DNA from: a virus
Length of the DNA stretch: 64,000 nucleotides
Direction: 5' to 3' (one strand)
Virus record (IMG/VR): IMGVR_UViG_3300027816_000055
In this document: piece by piece, positions 1-9,351 of the stretch
Layout of the letters: every line of letters begins with the position of its first letter
How positions within the stretch are numbered: position 1 is the stretch's first letter
Translations under genes and position numbers: made by a program
The notes under the pieces: generated by a model
What the model was told of the DNA's origin: nothing
Database searches by the model: none
The model's input: the letters and a program-made list of their open reading frames with translations, nothing else

Positions 1-111
1 ATCTGAAAAACGAACTGCTAATTTAGAAAAATCACAAGCATTTGCCGCAAAAAGTGGAAAATAAAATATCTAAAAATTTAAAGTATAGCATATGTATTGT
101 TATAAAATGTT

Positions 112-948
112 ATGAGTGACGAAATTATTCCAATTACAAGACCATCTAGCGCAGGACCAACACCACAAGCACCTGTGGCTAAAACTGAAACCAAATATCC
201 TACTGAAATTGTAGAATTGCCGAGCAAAGGTTATTTTTATGCACCTGATGATCCACTTAGTAAGGGATCTGTTGAATTGAAAATGATGACGGCAAAAGAA
301 GAAGATATTCTTACCAATGAATCTTTTATCAAAAAAGGAATTGTATTGGATAGACTATTAGAATCTCTGATTGTAGACAAAAACATCAAAATAGATAATT
401 TACTTACAGGTGATAAAAATGCATTGTTTATTGCCGCTCGTCGTTTGGCATATGGCGATAGTTATGGTCCAGTAGAAGTAACATGTAATTCTTGCAGAGA
501 AAAGTGTGATGTTACAATTGATTTGAATGAAATCAAAACCAAGGAATATGATTTTAGCACCAAACAAAAAGGATTAAATTTCTTTGAGTTTGTTCTTCCT
601 TATGCAAAGCGTGTATTGAAAGTAAAAATTCTCAGCAACAAAGATGATGTTGAAATTGAAAATGAATTAAAAGGTCTTGCTAAAATTGGTAAAAGCAGTA
701 GTGAAGTAACTACTCGTTTAAAGCATGTTATTGTATCAGTTGATGGTAATAATGACAAATCATACATTCGTCAATTTGTTGACAATGAGTTGTTATCAAG
801 AGATAGCATAGAACTTCGTAAATTCATTCGATCTATGTCACCTGATATCGATTTGAATTTCAACTTTACTTGTGAACATTGTCAGGCTGAAGAAAGAGTA
901 GGTGTACCAATGACGGTACAATTTTTTTGGCCTGAATCTGGATTATAA
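112..948 (+). CDS. Baseplate hub/tail assembly chaperone, T4 gp26-like
   Basis: 278 aa; 'TEIVELPSKG..Y...', 'MTAKEEDILT', 'AARRLAYG', two CxxC pairs; first gene of the tail module, upstream of the tape measure gene. Confidence 0.7.
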   Translation: MSDEIIPITRPSSAGPTPQAPVAKTETKYPTEIVELPSKGYFYAPDDPLSKGSVELKMMTAKEEDILTNESFIKKGIVLDRLLESLIVDKNIKIDNLLTGDKNALFIAARRLAYGDSYGPVEVTCNSCREKCDVTIDLNEIKTKEYDFSTKQKGLNFFEFVLPYAKRVLKVKILSNKDDVEIENELKGLAKIGKSSSEVTTRLKHVIVSVDGNNDKSYIRQFVDNELLSRDSIELRKFIRSMSPDIDLNFNFTCEHCQAEERVGVPMTVQFFWPESGL

Positions 949-1150
949 GCTTCATATTCACAAACAATTGTTTGAGTTGGCATATTATGGTCATCTTTGT
1001 GATTTGACCACAGGATATCATTTACCTGTATATCTTCGCAATTATTATTATAAATTGCTTGTTGATGCCAAAACAAAAGAAGCAGAGTCTTACGAAAACA
1101 AGGGAGAGACACCAAAACAGATCTCCAAACCAAATATTAATAGTCGTTAA
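914..1150 (+). CDS. gp51-like / gpT-like tail chaperone extension, probably translated only as a frameshift fusion to the upstream ORF
   Basis: Frame open from 914 with no ATG; reads NFFGLNLDYKLHIHKQLFELAYYGH...; overlaps the T7 run of the upstream ORF. Confidence 0.6.
   Translation, partial: RYNFFGLNLDYKLHIHKQLFELAYYGHLCDLTTGYHLPVYLRNYYYKLLVDAKTKEAESYENKGETPKQISKPNINSR
919..930 (+). other. Candidate programmed +1/-2 ribosomal slippage site CAA TTT TTT TGG
   Basis: T7 run at 922-928 encodes FF in both the upstream frame (QFFWP) and the downstream frame (NFFGL). Confidence 0.6.
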
Positions 1151-1202
1151 TTTTGTAAAAATAAAGTTAATGCCATATTTATATCTATACAATCACTAAT
1201 TT

Positions 1203-3677
1203 ATGGCAGATACAATAGATATCAATCAAATCGATCAATTAAATGATAAAATAAAAAATTTATCAAATGATAGTGCTAAAATACGTAGAATTTTTAGCGA
1301 AATCGGTAAAGAAACAGATTTGTTTGGAAAAGGATTTGAAAAAATTGTCAACACTGCACGTAATACTAATTCTTTAGCCGAAAAATATTTAATATCTCAA
1401 AAATTACAAGAGTCTGTACAATCTAAAATTAATGAAATTAAACAAAAAAGTTCTTATTTAGATGCTGTTGGATTGCAAGCTAAAAGAGATGAAGTTTTAT
1501 TACAAAATAAAATTGCGAAAGCGCAGATTATTGCATTGCAACAATCAAAGTTGACAGGATTGGCAAAGGATAACGCAATAAATTCATTAAAAACTCAATT
1601 AATTTTACAATCTGCTGAATTTGGTTATTATAATAAAAATCAAAAAACACAAGGAAAAACTGTTGATTTATTAAATCAACAGTTAGAAAACTTAGAAAAC
1701 ATAAGCCCATCGTTAGTTAAAAATAATAAATTAGCAGAAGTATTTTCAAATTTATTTGGTGAAAAATTATCGACTGAGTTAATAGGATCAATTGCAAAAA
1801 TGGGTGATTTTGGTAAAAAATTATCCGAATTAAAATTTCCAGACGGGTCTGATATACTAAAAAAAGGTGTAACCAATTTTTTAGAATATGATAAAGCTGC
1901 ATTTGGATTGCGTAAAAGTTTAGGTTTGTTACGTGGAGATTTTGATGTTTTACAAAATAATGTAAAAACAGTTGGTATTGAATTGCAAGATTTGGGTGTA
2001 TCATTTGAACAAGTTGCCGCATCTACAACTGCGATTGCAAATGAATTCAATATGTTCGTGGCATCAAGTAAAGCATTAGTAGCTGATGTAAGTGTAATTT
2101 CCACACAATTAGGAATTGCAGAAGCAGATTCTGTAAAATTTCTAAAAACAATGTCTAGTATTGGTAAGACCACAGTTGCTTCACAAAAAGGAATGATGGG
2201 ATTTGCTCAATCTATGGCAAATGCAGCAGGCGTTCCACTGCCAGCAGTAATGAAAGATGTTGCCGAAGCCAGTGATGACGTTCGTATTTTTACAGGTAGA
2301 AGCGCAGATAATTTAGTAAAAGGAGCAATTCAAGCACGTCAAATGGGAACCACTTTGCAGAACATGGCAAATAGTGCAAAGAAAATGTTGGACTTTCAAA
2401 CAAGTATTGCAGACGAAATGGAAGCAAGTGTATTATTGGGTAAAGATGTAAATTTCCAACAAGCACGTAATCTTGCTTATCGTAAAGACATTGTAGGCGC
2501 AAATGAAGAAATATTGAGAATTTCAAAGCAAGTTGATTTTGACGCAATGGACCCATATCAAGCTGAAGCATTTGCAAAAGCGAGTGGTAAGAGTGTTCAA
2601 GAATTGCAAGAAATGCTACAAGCTGATAAAGAAATTGAATATATTCGCAGAAATGGAACTGTGGAACAAAAAGCACAGTTAGAAAAAATGGAGCAAATGA
2701 AACGTATGCGAGCCGATGAAGCCAAGGATGTTGGCAAAATGGCTGAACAACGTTTGCGTGAACAAGCAAATCAAGAACGTATCAATCAATTGCAAAATCA
2801 ATTCAATAAATTGATGAGTGAATTAGCTGGTCCGGTTATGGATGTTGTTGAACCGTTATTAGAATTAACTACTGCAATATTACCTCCATTATTAAATGGC
2901 ATGAAAATGTTGGTTTTAACATCTGGGTTAATACTGACACCTTGGTTATTAATTATTAAACCAATAAATGCAATCGTGAAGACATTACAATATGGCAAGT
3001 CTTTTATGGGTGCGTTAGCTGCCGGTGGAAAATCATTGGGTAGAAGTTTTAATTTTTTTGGAAGATTTTCTGGTTTTCTTGGAACTTTTGCAAAATTCTT
3101 AGGTCCGATAGGAGTAATTGTAACCGCATTTCAGGCAATTTCTGGTTTTATTAAAGGATTCACGAAAACCGAAGGTGGATTTTTTAAAAAAATGTGGGGT
3201 GGACTACTTGGTGGATTGCAAGCAGTTGTAAAACCAATATTAGATTTATTATTATGGCCATTTCAATCAGCAAAAGAATGGTTATATGGAAAATTAGGTT
3301 GGTTAGGAAATTCACCATCGGGATTGGGACTTAGTATTTTAGATGGAATCAAATCTGTTGGCGGCATGTTATTGGATGCATTAACATTACCATTTAGAAC
3401 AGCATTTAATTTTGTGACCGGTTTATTTGGTGGTCCAAAATTACCTAAGATGTCTGATGTTGTATTTGGCAACAAAGAAAAATCAGGTGCCGACACTGCA
3501 AAAGGAACTGATCTTGGAACAATGATTGCTGAAGGAAACAAACAAGTTGTAGCAAAACTAGATGAGTTAATTACATTAATGTCAAATGGTGGTATTGCTG
3601 TAAACATTGATGGAACCAAGGCAAGTATGTTATTGGCTAAAGCACAAAAAGAACGTGGTGCATTTGGAGCAATCTAA
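1203..3677 (+). CDS. Tail tape measure protein
   Basis: 824 aa, helical, Ala/Gln/Lys-rich, hydrophobic Gly-rich C-terminal third; sits between chaperone and baseplate genes. Confidence 0.75.
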   Translation: MADTIDINQIDQLNDKIKNLSNDSAKIRRIFSEIGKETDLFGKGFEKIVNTARNTNSLAEKYLISQKLQESVQSKINEIKQKSSYLDAVGLQAKRDEVLLQNKIAKAQIIALQQSKLTGLAKDNAINSLKTQLILQSAEFGYYNKNQKTQGKTVDLLNQQLENLENISPSLVKNNKLAEVFSNLFGEKLSTELIGSIAKMGDFGKKLSELKFPDGSDILKKGVTNFLEYDKAAFGLRKSLGLLRGDFDVLQNNVKTVGIELQDLGVSFEQVAASTTAIANEFNMFVASSKALVADVSVISTQLGIAEADSVKFLKTMSSIGKTTVASQKGMMGFAQSMANAAGVPLPAVMKDVAEASDDVRIFTGRSADNLVKGAIQARQMGTTLQNMANSAKKMLDFQTSIADEMEASVLLGKDVNFQQARNLAYRKDIVGANEEILRISKQVDFDAMDPYQAEAFAKASGKSVQELQEMLQADKEIEYIRRNGTVEQKAQLEKMEQMKRMRADEAKDVGKMAEQRLREQANQERINQLQNQFNKLMSELAGPVMDVVEPLLELTTAILPPLLNGMKMLVLTSGLILTPWLLIIKPINAIVKTLQYGKSFMGALAAGGKSLGRSFNFFGRFSGFLGTFAKFLGPIGVIVTAFQAISGFIKGFTKTEGGFFKKMWGGLLGGLQAVVKPILDLLLWPFQSAKEWLYGKLGWLGNSPSGLGLSILDGIKSVGGMLLDALTLPFRTAFNFVTGLFGGPKLPKMSDVVFGNKEKSGADTAKGTDLGTMIAEGNKQVVAKLDELITLMSNGGIAVNIDGTKASMLLAKAQKERGAFGAI

Positions 3678-3689
3678 TATTTATTATAT

Positions 3690-6002
3690 ATGGCAAATAA
3701 TAACAACATAGATGGAGTGATAACCACAACCAATACACAAATAATTGGTAACGGTTATACATTGCCAAGTGATTTTAATAACAGTCGTCAACCGGGTGAA
3801 TTGGCCAATCTTTTTAATGCCAATAGCAATGTTATTTACAACAAGTTCAGTGCGAAGACTGGACAAGTAGGACTATTGCGTTTTGGGCCACGACAGCCAT
3901 TTATTAGTTTTAATCCAAATACAGGAACAAAAGGTATTAATGCATTAAAAGGTGCTGTCCCAAGAATTGGAGCACCATTACAAGATGTAGAACGTATTAC
4001 AAAATGGCAATTGACTGGAACAGGTGTAATTTTCATTGCGAAACAATTTTTGTTGCAAGGTCAGAATGCGTTTAATGAAACAAAAATTTATAATCCAGCA
4101 ATGCCTATTTTGTCAGTTGCAAGTAGAGCATCATTTGGATTGATACCAACACCAACACGTCATCTTGATTTGAGTGGTGGCTTTGCATCTGCTTTAGGAT
4201 TTGGCAGTTCACCTAGACCAATTAGTACAACTGTTGCTGCATCTAACGGTAATGCACTATCGACTCAATCAAAATTGGCACCAAATGCTTACAAAGGTAT
4301 GTTGCGTGGTGTAACAGCAACGTCTGGATTTACATCACTGAGCCAAAAATGGGCGGAAGGTAGCAACAACGCTGGTGGTGGATTATTAAAAGCTGTGGGT
4401 GGATATTTAAAGAGCGCATTCAATAGCATTAAAGGAACATTTATTCCAGTTGGACAACCCGGAAGTTTTCAATATCGTGCGGATGAACAAACATATGGTC
4501 GCATGATGGCAGATCAATCTAAGTTTTACAATTTCAAAAGTGATGGTACTATACCAATTGGTGTTTATCAGCGTTTTTGGAGTGGTAAAGAAATTACAAA
4601 CAAAAAAACTCCACTATCATATGTTCGTTATGCATATTTTATTAAACCAGACGAAGGTATTGATATAAGTTCTGGCAACACTGGTACTATACAAAACAAA
4701 AGTTTTGGTATCACAGATTTCAATCCACAAGATGAAAAGGGTTCATCATATACAACCTATGTTGGACATGATAAATGGGTGTTAAAGGGCAGTCAAAAAG
4801 ATTCATTGGAGCATTCCGATCAAGTTGTTAACTATGCTTATTACACAGATCGTCTTACAAAAAATGTAAAAGACGGAGGCAAATATTTTTCTAATCGTTC
4901 TAAGCTGAATGACCCAAATGATGCTAGAGTAAAAGACATCAAAGAAAATTTAGACCGTGTATTAAAAGGATTGCAAACTAAAGATGTCAATTCAAGCAAC
5001 ATGTCTTATAATTTGAATCCTGATAATGGTTATACACACAGTCCTATTCCTCAATTTAGTGAAGCAATGGGAGGAACCAATGGATATGATTATATTGACA
5101 GAGTAACCAATAAAGATCAAGGATTTGATAAACAATTCAAGTATTTAACAGCAACTAGATTTGCAAATATTAGAACTATAGATCCTATACCAGACGGCAC
5201 TTCGAAAAACGAACATTATGGATTTGCAGGTGCCAGCAGATCTGATAAAATCAATACAATTGGTGTATTAAAAGGATCTCAATTTGCAACCAATGGTGAA
5301 GGATCTAAAACAGGTAAATTATATGATCCATCCACAGATGATTTGATTGCTTTTTATTTTCATGATATTGTCAATGATCGTTATCTTCCATTTCGATCTG
5401 TGTTTAAAGGTATAAGCGAAAGTGCAACGGCAGAATGGAATGATGTAAGTTATTTGGGACGTGCTGATAAATTGTATACGTACAAAGGATTCACACGATC
5501 ATTATCATTTAGTTTTACAGTTAATATTTCGAGCATAAAAGAATTTGCGCCAACTTGGCAAAAAATTAATTATTTCATGGGATTGGTTAAACCAGCAAAT
5601 TATACGGCAAAAAATGAAACTGATCTATTGACATTTTCGAGATTTATCATACCTCCGATGATAAAGTTTACTATTGGTGATTTATATGTAGATCAGCCCG
5701 GTTTAATTACTAGTATTGGTTTTAGTATTCCAGATGATTCTGCGTGGGAAACATTAAATGAAACTTATGCAGCTAAAAATGATTGGACATATTTAAATAA
5801 TGTTATTCAATGGACCGATAAAATAAAAAATAAATATGCTCAATTACCACGAACTGTAGATTTTAGTGTGTCTATGAATTTACTTGAAAAAGAAAAGCCA
5901 ATTGTTGGTGGATCTCATTTTGGATCTGCATATCATACAGATCCATATTATACAAAAATATCAAAGGAAGGTACATTTTCATCAAACTTACTAGTTAAAT
6001 AA
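3690..6002 (+). CDS. Baseplate/tail-tube initiator protein (gp48/gp54-like C-terminal domain)
   Basis: 770 aa; C-terminal 'FRSVFKGISESATAEWNDVSYLGRADKLYTYKGFTRSLSFSFTV' and 'PPMIKFTIGDLY' resemble tube-initiator domains of contractile systems; synteny. Confidence 0.55.
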   Translation: MANNNNIDGVITTTNTQIIGNGYTLPSDFNNSRQPGELANLFNANSNVIYNKFSAKTGQVGLLRFGPRQPFISFNPNTGTKGINALKGAVPRIGAPLQDVERITKWQLTGTGVIFIAKQFLLQGQNAFNETKIYNPAMPILSVASRASFGLIPTPTRHLDLSGGFASALGFGSSPRPISTTVAASNGNALSTQSKLAPNAYKGMLRGVTATSGFTSLSQKWAEGSNNAGGGLLKAVGGYLKSAFNSIKGTFIPVGQPGSFQYRADEQTYGRMMADQSKFYNFKSDGTIPIGVYQRFWSGKEITNKKTPLSYVRYAYFIKPDEGIDISSGNTGTIQNKSFGITDFNPQDEKGSSYTTYVGHDKWVLKGSQKDSLEHSDQVVNYAYYTDRLTKNVKDGGKYFSNRSKLNDPNDARVKDIKENLDRVLKGLQTKDVNSSNMSYNLNPDNGYTHSPIPQFSEAMGGTNGYDYIDRVTNKDQGFDKQFKYLTATRFANIRTIDPIPDGTSKNEHYGFAGASRSDKINTIGVLKGSQFATNGEGSKTGKLYDPSTDDLIAFYFHDIVNDRYLPFRSVFKGISESATAEWNDVSYLGRADKLYTYKGFTRSLSFSFTVNISSIKEFAPTWQKINYFMGLVKPANYTAKNETDLLTFSRFIIPPMIKFTIGDLYVDQPGLITSIGFSIPDDSAWETLNETYAAKNDWTYLNNVIQWTDKIKNKYAQLPRTVDFSVSMNLLEKEKPIVGGSHFGSAYHTDPYYTKISKEGTFSSNLLVK

Positions 6003-6004
6003 TT

Positions 6005-6301
6005 ATGAATCGATATTCTGTGGCAAAAATTGATACTCGTTTTGATGGTAAACGTGTATATAAAAGTGTATTATATCCATCGATTTCAGTTGATAGTTCT
6101 GATTTTTATATTGTAACCAATGAAACTATGTATCTTGACACACTTGCATACAAATACTATAATGACACAAGTTTATGGTGGATTATAGCATTAGCAAATA
6201 ATATTGGTAAAGGTCGTTTGAGTGTACCTGCTGGATTACAATTAAGAATACCGGGCAATGTAATAAAAATCATCAACGATTATAATCTCATTAATTCATA
6301 A
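6005..6301 (+). CDS. LysM-type baseplate wedge protein (P2 gpX / T4 gp53-like)
   Basis: 'LDTLAYKYYNDTSLWWIIALANNI...GLQLRIP' LysM-like signature. Confidence 0.75.
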   Translation: MNRYSVAKIDTRFDGKRVYKSVLYPSISVDSSDFYIVTNETMYLDTLAYKYYNDTSLWWIIALANNIGKGRLSVPAGLQLRIPGNVIKIINDYNLINS

Positions 6302-6304
6302 GTT

Positions 6305-8929
6305 ATGGCACAAAATATTGAAAGTCTAGACAATAGACCGTGGGTTCCACATCATATTCCAAATCCAATTAGACGCGAATTGTATCGTCGAACGTTGGAT
6401 CAGGGACTGAATTATGTTGACACAGGCACTAAAACAAACAATTGGTCCGATTACAAAAATTATCGAGGACCATTAAGTGCATGGGTTCGCGTAACGAGCA
6501 ATGGTACTGGTGTTAGTAAAGCATTATCAAATACGCAAAAATATAATGGATTTGTAATGTACGGTGGACAGGGATTTCAGGATACATTTGGGAATATAAA
6601 TTTTAAAGATACTACAAATCCATATTATCAACCAAATATATTAGGATATGATACAAATGGAAAAGAACATATCTTGGACTTAGATATTAAAAATCCCAAT
6701 ATTGTTACTTTAAAGGGAAGTCCGACTCGTAATGTTCCAATTTTACTACCCCCACCGGGTATTGTTTCTGTTGAAGCAAACATGCAAAAAGAACGTATTA
6801 GAAAGGTAACGATTAATTGGAAATGCTATAGCTTTGCTCAATTGGAATATATGACTCCATATTTTTTGACGCCGGGCATTAGTTTAATTGTAGAATTTGG
6901 ATGGAATCTTTTTAACCAAAACTGTTTACTAAATTTAAAAGACATTGATGTATTAAAAACGTTATGGGTAGATGGAACTCCGCTATATCAAAAAACATTG
7001 GATTCAAATGGTATGTATGACGCAACATTTGGAGCTATTGCAAATTTTGAATTTAATACCCAAGACGGCACAACATATGAATGCAAAACTGAAATTTACT
7101 CAAAACATCGAAATCATACAGGAGCTTTATTAAACGAATCTCCTAAAAATACAAAAATTTTATCAACTAATCAAATAGAAACTATACTTACAAAACCTTC
7201 ATTATATGAATTTTGTAATCAACGTCTTAAAAATGTAGCAAAATGTTTGGAAGGAGATGGCAAAAATTTTTTTGAACCATTAACAAAAGAAGAAAAAGAA
7301 AAATCAACAATATCAGATCCAATACCATATAATAATGAAGAATTAAAGAAAAAATTTTTTAATGGAAACCCAGAAAATCGTATTTTTATTGCACGCAACA
7401 AATTAAAAAACGATCCATTATTAATCGGTAATAAAAATGAAACATACGGTCCTCCAGATAAAGATATTGATTGGGATAGCAGTTCTCCTGATGATACTTG
7501 GGTAACAATGGGATTTGTAGTTGAGCTTTTGAATTTATTTATAAGTCAGAATATAAATCTAAAAGCATCTAATGATCCAAATTTTGAACTTTTTACGTTT
7601 GATATTGAAGACGTTGCTGTTGGCGCGCACCCAAATTTAATTAGCAGTGATGGATACACTGTGTTAATTCCAAATCCAATTGCGCCAAAATTTAATTTGG
7701 GATATAAGTTGTGGGTCTCTGATTATGAAAAAGTGATAGAAAACAAACTACAATCACAAACGTCACATAAAACTGCGATATTTGAAAAGTACAGCACAAA
7801 TATGTTGTCGTACAACAAAAAATTATTTAATATTTTCAGAACCGGATATGTACCAATCCCTCAAGTCAATCCAAAAGCCGGCGCATATAGAAATAATCTT
7901 GATAATATCATTAATCGGTTTCGCTATAATTTTTTTGCCAATAAAATAAAGCCATATGATGCTGCATTTCCTCAGATGGTTGATTACACAGTAAAAGGAA
8001 ATGAAAAAAAAGCGGGATATTGGGGGTATTTAAAAGATTTATTTATTCATGTAAATGTTATTATTAATGCTTCAAAAAACGCAAGAACTGCGGAAGATTT
8101 TCTAAATTCATTGTTGCAAACTGTATCCGCTGCATCAGCAGGATTATGGGAATTGGCTGTAATTGAAGATGAAAATAAATTAAAAATTATTGATAAAAAA
8201 TTTATTTCTAAAAAAATATATCAAAATCTGTATCAATTTGATATCAGTTCTGATAGTTGTATCAAATCATTATCATTCACTGTGACACCAAGTAATGCAC
8301 AAATGACTCAAGTTATTGCTGGATCAACAAATAATCAAGAACAAACAACTGGACAATCAACTGCCACTGCATTGCCCGACTTTAAATTCGGAGATAGACT
8401 TGGAACAAATCAGCTTAAATCAGAGGAACCAAAAAAAACATTTGTAAATGAATCCTCTGATTTGATAAGACAACTTCAAAAATATGGCAGAGTTGAAGGA
8501 GCATTTGCAATGAGCTTAAGATATCCGAACGAACAAGATTATTATGAAGTTGTTAATCTTGCATTACCAAGTAAAAATTTGTTGTTGTCTTTAATCGATT
8601 GTGAAGATTATGAAGATAATCTTAATATGTATGGTGGACAACAACCAAATTTTATATGCGAATTAGTGTTACAAGGAATTGCTGGACTTCGGACGTTTCA
8701 ATGTTTTAGTATTAAAAATTTACCCAAACCATATAGTCCAGATGATGTAATATTTTCAATTATTGATTTGACACATTCTATCCAAAACGGAGAATGGACA
8801 ACAACAATAAAAGCCGGTATACGTCCTCGCGCTAAATTGAAATCTGTTGTAGGGGTTAATTATGAATATACAAACGGCAAAGAGGCGTTTGAATCAACAA
8901 ATGATGTGCCAATAATGAATCTAAAATAA
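6305..8929 (+). CDS. Large baseplate hub protein (gp27/VgrG-like, putative)
   Basis: 874 aa after the LysM gene; C-terminal 'GIAGLRTFQCFSIKNLP...IIDLTHSIQNGEWTTTIKA' resembles hub beta-barrels. Confidence 0.45.
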   Translation: MAQNIESLDNRPWVPHHIPNPIRRELYRRTLDQGLNYVDTGTKTNNWSDYKNYRGPLSAWVRVTSNGTGVSKALSNTQKYNGFVMYGGQGFQDTFGNINFKDTTNPYYQPNILGYDTNGKEHILDLDIKNPNIVTLKGSPTRNVPILLPPPGIVSVEANMQKERIRKVTINWKCYSFAQLEYMTPYFLTPGISLIVEFGWNLFNQNCLLNLKDIDVLKTLWVDGTPLYQKTLDSNGMYDATFGAIANFEFNTQDGTTYECKTEIYSKHRNHTGALLNESPKNTKILSTNQIETILTKPSLYEFCNQRLKNVAKCLEGDGKNFFEPLTKEEKEKSTISDPIPYNNEELKKKFFNGNPENRIFIARNKLKNDPLLIGNKNETYGPPDKDIDWDSSSPDDTWVTMGFVVELLNLFISQNINLKASNDPNFELFTFDIEDVAVGAHPNLISSDGYTVLIPNPIAPKFNLGYKLWVSDYEKVIENKLQSQTSHKTAIFEKYSTNMLSYNKKLFNIFRTGYVPIPQVNPKAGAYRNNLDNIINRFRYNFFANKIKPYDAAFPQMVDYTVKGNEKKAGYWGYLKDLFIHVNVIINASKNARTAEDFLNSLLQTVSAASAGLWELAVIEDENKLKIIDKKFISKKIYQNLYQFDISSDSCIKSLSFTVTPSNAQMTQVIAGSTNNQEQTTGQSTATALPDFKFGDRLGTNQLKSEEPKKTFVNESSDLIRQLQKYGRVEGAFAMSLRYPNEQDYYEVVNLALPSKNLLLSLIDCEDYEDNLNMYGGQQPNFICELVLQGIAGLRTFQCFSIKNLPKPYSPDDVIFSIIDLTHSIQNGEWTTTIKAGIRPRAKLKSVVGVNYEYTNGKEAFESTNDVPIMNLK

Positions 8930-8930
8930 T

Positions 8931-9320
8931 ATGATTAATATTAATACATATAATTTAATTGGTAATTCAATAGGTGTACAAAATTATGTATATCCAAAAT
9001 TTTATACATTTGTTGTAAATAATTTTGATTATGAAAACGGATTTACATATCGTTATTTTGTTAATAAAATAAATGATAATTTGATAATTGAAGTGTCTGA
9101 AAAAAATTACGATGACATTCAAAAAAATTTGTTTAATAAAGTTGTAGTGATATGGCATTTAATTGGACCTGAGAGAAATGTGTATGTCAATGGAAAGCTT
9201 TATGAACAAGGCATTTACGAAAAAAATTTCAAAGAAATAAGTATCGCAGCACAAACCATGCCAAGTCTAAAAAATTTTATTACAAACTACACGCAATATA
9301 GCAAGCCTAGAAAAGATTGA
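8931..9320 (+). CDS. Hypothetical protein (end of baseplate operon)
   Basis: 129 aa ORF starting 1 nt after the hub stop. Confidence 0.6.
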   Translation: MININTYNLIGNSIGVQNYVYPKFYTFVVNNFDYENGFTYRYFVNKINDNLIIEVSEKNYDDIQKNLFNKVVVIWHLIGPERNVYVNGKLYEQGIYEKNFKEISIAAQTMPSLKNFITNYTQYSKPRKD

Positions 9321-9345
9321 CATGTGGCAGTACCTACTGTATTGT
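9317..9345 (+). promoter_or_regulatory. sigma70-type promoter, leaderless, for the family-A polymerase
   Basis: TTGACA(9317)-17 nt-TATTGT(9340-9345); ATG at 9352. Confidence 0.65.
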
Positions 9346-9351
9346 CGATGA

